Source: a virus (Duplodnaviria > Caudoviricetes). Taken from it: a DNA stretch of 64,000 nucleotides. The stretch is from IMG/VR virus record IMGVR_UViG_3300037780_000050, positions 19,899 through 83,898 of that record. One strand, 5' to 3'. The translations under genes were made by a program, and so were the position numbers. Below are positions 1-7,900 of the stretch, piece by piece. Position 1 is the first letter of the stretch. The number at the start of each line of letters is the position of its first letter. Under the pieces are notes generated by a model. The model had not been told where the DNA came from. It searched no databases and worked only from the letters and a program-made list of their open reading frames with translations.

Positions 1-13
1 GATCAAACAACCG

Positions 14-793
14 GTGATCACTGGTGAGGAGATTTCCAGCTACACCCTCACGGATCCCGACACCCTCAATGTTGCGCTCACCGACCCTGCGGGCGCTACC
101 ACTACCTACGTGTTTGGCACCGATGCTGAGCTGACCAGAGTTGACACTGGTGTGTACCGTCTGGTCATCAGCGTGCCGACCGCGGGCGAGTGGGACGCCA
201 CTATCACTGCCACCAACCCTGACGTGTACGACGAGCAGGCGTTCATGGTAGGAGAGTCTCAGACGTGGACTGTGGTCCCGCCGCTCAGCGACTACGAGCT
301 GTTCACAGGAGCTGCGGCCACGTCCTACAGCGCCATGGCGCTCGACCAGGCTCAGTTGCTGCTCCAGCTCGCCACCGGCATCTCTGCCCGACCCACCGAC
401 CCCACAGCGCTCCGGGTCTACCGATTCGGGATCTTCGCCATGGCCGAGGCGCTGGAGAACAGCCAGACCACCCGCAGCATCGCGTTCAGCCCGTTCCGGG
501 TGGAGGAGATCGGCAGCTACCGCTACGAGCGGGGTCGTACCGATGTTCGTGCAGGTATCCCCACTGGCATCTTGTGGTTCGACATGGCGGTGGACTACTT
601 CAACGGGTTGGTCGATTCGTCGCTCTACGACATGCACACGTCGATGTCGCTGTTCGAGGTCGAGGACTCTCTCGTGTTCACCAACACTCAGGGTCGTCGG
701 GTGATCTTGGGTCCTGCTGATCGGGCCGCGCCCAACCGATTCGATCAGTACGCGCTGTTGCGGGTGTATGGGACGCAGATCGGGCCGGATTGA
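14..793 (+). CDS. head-to-tail adaptor with N-terminal Ig-like segment; may begin upstream of the window
   Basis: First gene of the neck series; EEIGSYRY motif typical of adaptors; reading frame is open to the window edge. Confidence 0.5.
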   Translation: MITGEEISSYTLTDPDTLNVALTDPAGATTTYVFGTDAELTRVDTGVYRLVISVPTAGEWDATITATNPDVYDEQAFMVGESQTWTVVPPLSDYELFTGAAATSYSAMALDQAQLLLQLATGISARPTDPTALRVYRFGIFAMAEALENSQTTRSIAFSPFRVEEIGSYRYERGRTDVRAGIPTGILWFDMAVDYFNGLVDSSLYDMHTSMSLFEVEDSLVFTNTQGRRVILGPADRAAPNRFDQYALLRVYGTQIGPD

Positions 794-1155
794 TGCGTCA
801 TCTGTTCAACTCCACCGTGTCGATCCAGCGCCAGACCGAGGTCTTCACCAACGGTCTCCCGACGCGCACATGGGTGGATCGCTACACCGGAGTGAAGTGT
901 CGATTGGACTTGCACCACAAGACGCTGGCCAGCAGGCCCGAGCGCGCCGTACAAGAGGCAGGGACCACCCCTGATCTCATGGGTTCTCTGTTCATGGAGC
1001 CTACGGTGGATGTGCGCGTCGGTGATCGGGTGAAGTTCACATCAGGGCTCCACAACGGCCGGATATTCAGCGTGGAGGACACCCCGGCCATGGTCGGCGG
1101 CTACTCAGCTCCACACCATCTGGAGTGGGCAGTCAGCGAAGTGGCCCATGCTTAG
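793..1155 (+). CDS. head closure (stopper) protein
   Basis: TGATG coupling; beta-rich 120 aa with TVSIQR, CRLD and VRVGDRV motifs; position in neck operon. Confidence 0.6.
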   Translation: MRHLFNSTVSIQRQTEVFTNGLPTRTWVDRYTGVKCRLDLHHKTLASRPERAVQEAGTTPDLMGSLFMEPTVDVRVGDRVKFTSGLHNGRIFSVEDTPAMVGGYSAPHHLEWAVSEVAHA

Positions 1156-1516
1156 GATCGACGCCAACATGAAGGCGATGCTGGCCGAGATCGCCCGCCT
1201 CGGCAACGCTCCCAACCTCTCGACCATCCAGAGGTTGGAGTCCGCGTTGCAGGACTCGCTCAACTTCTCCCAGGGGATCGTCCGCGTCGACACGGGCTCG
1301 CTGCGCAACTCCGGGGTCACTGAGTCTGATCTGGCTCCAACCGGTGTGTGGGTTGGGTCTCTCACCTACGGTGGTCCCAGCCCCGGGGCGGTGCACGATC
1401 CTGTGGATTACGCGCTTCAAGTCGTCGCCTACGACGCTCCGTCGGACTGGATCTCCGTCACCGCTCAGACCATGGCACCTCTGTTCTTCGGCGCGGTTGC
1501 CTTGGAGTTCCGATGA
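1148..1516 (+). CDS. HK97 gp10-like neck/tail completion protein
   Basis: VRVDTGSLRNSG motif and VDYA; located between stopper and terminator. Confidence 0.6.
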   Translation: MLRIDANMKAMLAEIARLGNAPNLSTIQRLESALQDSLNFSQGIVRVDTGSLRNSGVTESDLAPTGVWVGSLTYGGPSPGAVHDPVDYALQVVAYDAPSDWISVTAQTMAPLFFGAVALEFR

Positions 1517-1971
1517 GTGACGACTTGGTGACAGCCACCGTGAAGCGACTGACCGCAGACGCCACCGTCGCGTCTCTGGCCACCGCTACCCCACCGATCA
1601 CCCAGGAACAGCCCTACAACATCGTGGAGGGCTCTGGAACGCTCCAGTTGGTAGTCAGTACCGCAGGACAGTGGACCGTGCCTCTGGCGCAGCGTACGCA
1701 GCGTTTCCCGGTGCTCCGGGTGGAGGCGTGGAGCGACCCCACGAGGAACGTCGATGGCAACGTCACCATCCCCGACGCCAGCCGAAAGGCCAGAGCTGCA
1801 CTCGATGCCGTTATTGAGGCTCTCCGAATGGTCAACAACGGGCAGACATGGGGTGATGGATTCACGGTGCTCTCGTGTCATCTTCGCACCGAGCCCGTGG
1901 AGGTTCCCTTGCCGATCGGCGAGGACGAGATGAAGCGCTGGCGAGTGGAGTTCGCTGTCACCCACCCATAG
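1513..1971 (+). CDS. tail terminator protein
   Basis: ATGA overlap at 1513; LRVEAW motif; size and synteny. Confidence 0.55.
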   Translation: MSDDLVTATVKRLTADATVASLATATPPITQEQPYNIVEGSGTLQLVVSTAGQWTVPLAQRTQRFPVLRVEAWSDPTRNVDGNVTIPDASRKARAALDAVIEALRMVNNGQTWGDGFTVLSCHLRTEPVEVPLPIGEDEMKRWRVEFAVTHP

Positions 1972-1990
1972 AGACTCCCAGGAGGAGCAC

Positions 1991-3166
1991 ATGAAGATCC
2001 TGTTCAGGTCGCCCTTGTCCTCACAGTCCGGTTACGGAAATGATGGCATAGGCATGGCGATGGGTCTCATAGACAAGGGCATCGATGTCAGGCTGATACC
2101 GATGCATGTGTCGCCGCCGTTGCCCCGCAAGTTGATCGATCGCTTCGCCCTACCGGTGGAGGCTCCATTCGACATCTACCTCAACCACTCCGACCCAGGG
2201 AGGTTCGAGGTATCACCCGCAGCTCGCAAGACCAGCGAGGTGACCATGGGATGGACCATGTGGGAGTACACCACCCTCCAAAACATGGATGTGGAGGGTC
2301 GATACAACCTGGCGAAGTGCCTGCGCGACTTGGACGTGTTCGTCAGCTACGACGCAGTGACCCACCAGGCGTTCGAGCACTACATGGATCGCATGGCGCT
2401 GCTCCCCGAGAGTCACCCGTTCCACATGACCGAGGATGACCGTCCTCTCCACATCATCGCTCAGGGCGGCTACATCCCAGGCGATTGGCGAGCGCCTGAG
2501 GGTGATGAAGACGAGCGAAACTGGAGCGATGACGGCCCATTCCGGTTCTGCATGGTCGGCATGTTGCACCAGCGCAAGGACCCCATGGTCGCGGTCCTGG
2601 CCTTCAAGGAGTTGAAGGAGGAGATGGGCAGCGAGTTCGAGGATGCCGAGCTGCACTTGAAGACTGCTACCGCAGGCCTGCACTCAGCCATGGAGGAGTG
2701 GGTTCCCAAGCTCCGCATCCACTACGCGTCCTGGCCCCGTGAGATCCTCCAGAAGTTCTACTGGAACATGAACGTGCTGCTGGCACCGTCGCGAGGTGAG
2801 GGCAAGAACATGCCCGCGCTGGAGATGCTCAGCTCCGGTGGGTCGGTGATCGCCACCAACTGGGGTGGTCACACCACATGGATGGATCCCACCTACGCCT
2901 ACCCGCTCGACTACACCCTCGCCCCCGAGCCCCCGTACGAGGACTGCATGTCCGCTCGGGCCAGCAAGGACCATCTCAAGGAGCTGATGTGGCACTGCTA
3001 CACGCACCGCGATGAGGTCCGGCGCAAGGGCGAGATGGGATCGGTGCTCATTCCTCAACGTCAGAATTGGGACACCGTGACAGAGAACATGCTCCGCATC
3101 GTCAGTGAGGCATTGCCGGGCGAGAAGATCCAGACGCTGCTGTCGATCGCCAGGAGAGGAACATGA
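1991..3166 (+). CDS. GT-B fold (GT4-like) glycosyltransferase
   Basis: GGAGGAG RBS; N-terminal SGYG; LLAPSRGEGKNMPALEMLSSGGSVIATNWGG matches the GT4 EGFG-PxLEA signature. Confidence 0.85.
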   Translation: MKILFRSPLSSQSGYGNDGIGMAMGLIDKGIDVRLIPMHVSPPLPRKLIDRFALPVEAPFDIYLNHSDPGRFEVSPAARKTSEVTMGWTMWEYTTLQNMDVEGRYNLAKCLRDLDVFVSYDAVTHQAFEHYMDRMALLPESHPFHMTEDDRPLHIIAQGGYIPGDWRAPEGDEDERNWSDDGPFRFCMVGMLHQRKDPMVAVLAFKELKEEMGSEFEDAELHLKTATAGLHSAMEEWVPKLRIHYASWPREILQKFYWNMNVLLAPSRGEGKNMPALEMLSSGGSVIATNWGGHTTWMDPTYAYPLDYTLAPEPPYEDCMSARASKDHLKELMWHCYTHRDEVRRKGEMGSVLIPQRQNWDTVTENMLRIVSEALPGEKIQTLLSIARRGT

Positions 3167-3456
3167 TCGAGGAGTACCGAGATTGGCGCTGTCCTCACGG
3201 CACCCTGTTCGGCAGGTTCAGCGCAGGGAACCTCACCGTCACCGAGCACAACCTGGCTGAGTTCGCTTGCTCAGATTGCAAGCGCGCGGTGCGTATCGCC
3301 GACCACACCGTGTTTCGGGTGTTGCACCGATTCAACGTCGCCGGAGAGCTGGTCGAGACCATCGTTCAGCGCTCCGGGTACGACGATCAGGTCTTCGTGG
3401 GGTCTGAGTGGATCGAGGCCGATATCAGGGGAGAACTTCGGCTCAACGAGAGGTGA
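3163..3456 (+). CDS. small Cys-containing protein, hypothetical
   Basis: ATGA-coupled; CPHG and CSDC pairs. Confidence 0.55.
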   Translation: MIEEYRDWRCPHGTLFGRFSAGNLTVTEHNLAEFACSDCKRAVRIADHTVFRVLHRFNVAGELVETIVQRSGYDDQVFVGSEWIEADIRGELRLNER

Positions 3457-3465
3457 GAGACGACC

Positions 3466-4032
3466 ATGAGCACACTGAATGTCGAGGGCTTCTCGGTATC
3501 GCACGCGGCCATTCTGGATGGCACCACGGGAGCCGAGGAAGCTGCTGGCGATCTGTACGGCGTCCGTTCCGGTTCGCTGGAGGTCGACATGGACGAGTTC
3601 GACAACACGGGCGACGACTCCGTGCTGTCGAGCTGGATCTGGTTCAACTACGCGAACGTGACGATCGAGATGGGGTACGTCCCCTTCGCCACCATCGCCC
3701 TTCTGACCGGCGCCACCATCATGTCGTCTGGTTCCGATCCCGACGACTACTACGATCTTCCGGTGTGGGAGCAGGGTTCGCTCAACCAGCCCACCCGCCC
3801 GATGCTCATCCGTGTGCCGTCCAAGGACAGTGCGGGCGCGGTGCGGCTGCTGGACATCGTGCTCTACCGGTGCCAGTTCAAGCCCATGGGCTTCGATGGG
3901 CCGTCCTACAAGGACGGTCTGATGATCAACTACAGCGCCAAGGCGCTCATCAGCGATCAGGACGAGGCAGGCAACGCGCTCACTGGTGACCGTCGAGCCA
4001 TCGGCCGACTGGTCAGCAGGCCCGCAGCCTGA
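3466..4032 (+). CDS. major tail tube protein
   Basis: 188 aa, directly before chaperones and TMP; siphoviral tube-like beta pattern. Confidence 0.75.
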   Translation: MSTLNVEGFSVSHAAILDGTTGAEEAAGDLYGVRSGSLEVDMDEFDNTGDDSVLSSWIWFNYANVTIEMGYVPFATIALLTGATIMSSGSDPDDYYDLPVWEQGSLNQPTRPMLIRVPSKDSAGAVRLLDIVLYRCQFKPMGFDGPSYKDGLMINYSAKALISDQDEAGNALTGDRRAIGRLVSRPAA

Positions 4033-4066
4033 TCCACCCCCACTCTGACCCAACTGAGGAGACGGC

Positions 4067-4564
4067 ATGACCGCATCAGAGACCCTGCTTCCCGACGAGC
4101 GTCCTTCGATCACGCTCAGCAACGGCATGGTGGTCACTACGACCCCCATGCGCACCCGTTCGCTGCTGCGTCTGCTCAAGATTCTCACTCGGGGCGTGTT
4201 CTGGGCCATCCCCCAGCTCATGAAGGCCGAGAAGGAGACGGTGGTGGAGGAAGTGCTGGGTGCACTCATCATCGCCATTCCCGAGGCCGAGGACGCGACG
4301 ATCGATTTCGTCAAGAGCGTCGTCACGCTGCCGGGCAAGGCCGAGGCCAAGGACCGTGCTGGACTCGATCTGCACTTGGATGACCCTCCTCTGGATGATC
4401 TCCTCCTGATCGTGGAGCAGGTGGTCGAGCACGAGGCCGAGGACTTGACCGCTCTGGGAAACCGACTGACCGGGATGCTGAAACTCGCCGAGAGGGCGAA
4501 TCAGGTCCCGGCGACGGCAGAGCCGACGACCGAGCCCCAGACCACTGGAAGTCCCCTCTCCTAG
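4067..4564 (+). CDS. tail assembly chaperone (G-like)
   Basis: Between major tail gene and TMP; GAGGAG RBS. Confidence 0.75.
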   Translation: MTASETLLPDERPSITLSNGMVVTTTPMRTRSLLRLLKILTRGVFWAIPQLMKAEKETVVEEVLGALIIAIPEAEDATIDFVKSVVTLPGKAEAKDRAGLDLHLDDPPLDDLLLIVEQVVEHEAEDLTALGNRLTGMLKLAERANQVPATAEPTTEPQTTGSPLS

Positions 4565-4983
4565 ATGGCTACCTACGGAGCTTCGATCTCATCTCGACAC
4601 ACTACGGATGGACAGACGAGCAGATACTTGATCTGACAGTGCGGAGGTTCCGCACGATCGTTGACGCCATCTTGGAAAGGCTCGCAAGCGAGCGGCTCCA
4701 GCAGCGTCTCTCGCTGGAGTGGCAGACCAGGGAGTTGGCGTTGATCACAGCAGCAGCATCGGGTTCCAAGGAGTTGGTCGAGCGAGCCGCTCGCATCTCC
4801 ATGGATCCCGAGCGCAACGCTGATGGAACATCTGCCAAGGGCGACAAGTACGGGCGCCCGCCCGGCCCCAATGGGTTGCCCTTCGACCCCGAGGCCGAGA
4901 TCGACTACGAGTCGATCAAGCTGCCCAACGCCGCCCAGGGTGGCATCCTGCTCCGAGGCTTGACGGGGCCGCGTCATGGCTGA
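4456..4983 (+). CDS. -1 frameshift extension of the tail assembly chaperone (GT-like)
   Basis: In-phase G GGA AAC heptamer at 4456-4462; -1 frame open 4396-4983 and encodes YGWTDEQILDLTVRRF, typical of T domains. Confidence 0.7.
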   Translation, partial: GKPTDRDAETRREGESGPGDGRADDRAPDHWKSPLLDGYLRSFDLISTHYGWTDEQILDLTVRRFRTIVDAILERLASERLQQRLSLEWQTRELALITAAASGSKELVERAARISMDPERNADGTSAKGDKYGRPPGPNGLPFDPEAEIDYESIKLPNAAQGGILLRGLTGPRHG

Positions 4984-7900
4984 TCAGACCGCAGTCTTCC
5001 GGGCGATCGCCGACTTCTCTGCGATCCGCAAGGAGTCGGCCAAGGCCATCGGTGATCTCAAGGCGCTGCAAGCGGCCGCTGCTGGCGTCAACCAGCAGAT
5101 GGCCACCGGCACTACTGCGATCGGCAACAGTGCAGCCGCGATCGGCGCTGCGGGGAAGTCCTCCAGAGGTGCTGCTGCTGGCTACACCGCTGTGGGAGTC
5201 GCTGCGGGGAAGGCAGGCAAGGGGGCCAGCACGGCGTCGCACGGCATGGAGGCTCTCAACCGCTCCATGACCCAGGCCACCCAGCGAACCACGGTGTTCA
5301 ACTCCGGTCTGGTCGGGATGATCCAGACCATGGGCGTGCTCCGCAGCACCGCCGCGGGCACCGCGGTCACGGTTGGCGCGCTCACCGCTGCTGGTGCTGC
5401 GGTCGGCATCAAGTTCAACGCCAGCTTGGAGCAGGCCCGCATCGGCTTCAAGAACATCTTCGATGATGCGGAGCGTGCCCGAGATGTCATCGATCAGATC
5501 GTCTCCTACGCCCGTGTGACGCCGTTCGACACCGCGGGCTTGATCACTCAGGTGCGTCAGCTCACCGCTGCTGGGTTCGAGATGGAGGAGATTCTGGTCG
5601 GCAGCGACGAGGCTGCTACCGGTCTCGCCGTCACCATCGGCAACGCCGCAGCCGCCATGGGCGGGGGCCGGGATGTGGCCGACTCCATGGTGCAGGCCAT
5701 CACCCGCATCAAGGCCACGGGCCGTGTCACGTTCGAGGAGCTGCGCATCTTCGCCGAGCGTGGTGTCCCCGCCATCGAGATCTTGCAGGAGAAGCTCGGG
5801 CTCACCACCAAGGAAGTCCAGCGCATCGGTGAGCTTGGCATCGAGGCTGATGTCGCCATCTCCGCGCTGACCGAGGGCTTGGACGAGCGCTTCGGTGGGG
5901 CCATGAACGAGCAGGCCCGCAGCGCGCTGGGTCTCATCTCCACGTTCTTGGACAACATCCAGATCGGTATGGGTACCGCCTTCGAGGGGCTGTTCGAGGT
6001 CTTCAAGGGTTCGCTCATGGCCGTGACTGATCTCATGACCGAGATCAACGTGCTGGCCGTGGATGTGGGCTTCATCGAGGCGCTCGCCCAGAAGCTCCCG
6101 GTCATCGGTCCGTTGGTCAAGTCCGTCACCGAGTTCCTGTCTGGTCTGGCAGAGGTGGTCAAGTCGCTGGCTCCGGTGTTCGAGGTCTTCATCACCGCGG
6201 CTGCTGGTGGGTTGACACTGCTCAGTGGGGTGCTCTCCAAGGCCGCGGTCGGGTTTCAGGTCTTCGCTGATCTGATCAACTCCGTCAACCCCAACGTTCT
6301 CAAGTTCGCCGCTTCCACCCTGCTGCTCGGGAAGGCTCTCGGCGTTGCGGGTCCGGCGCTGACGACCTTCACCGCAGGGTTGGGGTACATGGTCGGCGGG
6401 ACCGGTGCGGTGGGCGCGTCCAACGCACTGCTGCGACTCAGCGGAGTGCTGGCGAAGTTGGGTCCTCACGGCATGGTCGCTGCCGGTGCCATCACTGCGA
6501 TCGGTGCCGCGTTCCTGTTGGCTGGTAGGGGTGGATCCAAAGCCGAGAAGGCGTGGAAGACCGCTTCGGAGAAGGCCGACATCCTCGCAGGGGCAGCGGA
6601 GCATCTCGAAACTGCCATGGACGGCAACTCCGGCAGTGTCGATCGCAACACCGACGCGTGGAAGAAGTGGCTGGCCGAGACCGACGAGGTGCGCGAGCAG
6701 CTCCGTGGTCTGGACGGCACCGAGGTTCGCCAGGACGAGTTGGCATCCATCGCAGCCAATCTGGTCATCAACGGCATGTCCCCCGAAGACGCCATGCTCC
6801 ATGTGCGGGCTCTGGCTGACGCCGAGTTCGGTCGAGGGTTCCAGATCCCCTTCACCGTGGAGAACCTGGGCAGTGATGGCTTCCTTCGGGACTCCCTTCT
6901 GGGCGGTCTCCAGCAGGAGCTGAACAACATCCAAGTCCCCGACATGGATGAGTTGCTCACCCCGAGAGAATCCAACCTGCGGATCGATGCGTACAACGAG
7001 GCCATGGCCCAGTTGAAGGACACTGCGACCGACATCGGTCCGCAGATCGCTGATCTGTTCCAGTTGGATCCTGCACAGGGCATCGAAGCCTTGATCCAGG
7101 CCGAGAACGCCATCCGCTCCATGGGGCTGTCCTCTGAGGACACCGCCATCATCGTGGACAAGCTCAACGACAGCTTCCGTGAGCAGGCCGGGGTGGCCAG
7201 CGACGGAGGCAACGCCAACAGCACCTATGTCGATGCGCTGTCGTTGGTGGCGCAGGGGGCCGACAACCTCAGTGAGGAGCAAGAAGCGCTCATCTCGGTG
7301 TTCAACGAGACGCTGTGGGTCACCGGAGACGTGGAGACGGCGCTGGACGCGGTGCGCGGCGCCATGGTCGAGCAGGAAGCCGCTACGGACGGCGCCGCTG
7401 GCGCCATCGCTGACTACATCGATGCCATGGATGAGGCTGCGACGGCCGACAGGGACAGCATCGCTCAGCAGATCGAGGACACCACCAAGGCGTTCGAGGA
7501 GTTCGTTGATCCCGCCGACACCTTCATGCAGTTGCTCGATGAGGTCAGCGATGAGGGCAAGCTGGCCGCACAGCAGGCCGCACACGACGCTGGGCTGAGC
7601 GCCGAGGAGTGGAAGCGCTTCCCCACCGAGGCCGGTGTCGGGCTCAAGGATTGGCGCATCGCGCTGGAGAACAGTCTGGTTCACCAGCGTGACTGGGTGG
7701 ACAATCTGGCCGCAGCCAACGAGAAGTTCGGTCCCGAGGTCGCTGCCTACTTCCGTGACGCCGGTCCCGAGATGGCTGGCGCACTGGAGCAGATGGTGGA
7801 GGACACCACTGGGGAGAGCGAGAAGCTCGCCGACGCCATCAAGGAAGACGCTCAGCTCGCCAGCTCCGAGTTCGTGGGTGAGTTCGTTGACGAGATGAAC

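Noticed and set aside
4916-7684. 922-aa minus-strand ORF and many other long antisense or off-frame ORFs
   Set aside because: Shadow ORFs expected from high-GC codon bias opposite real genes; no motifs or RBS, and they overlap well-supported + strand genes.
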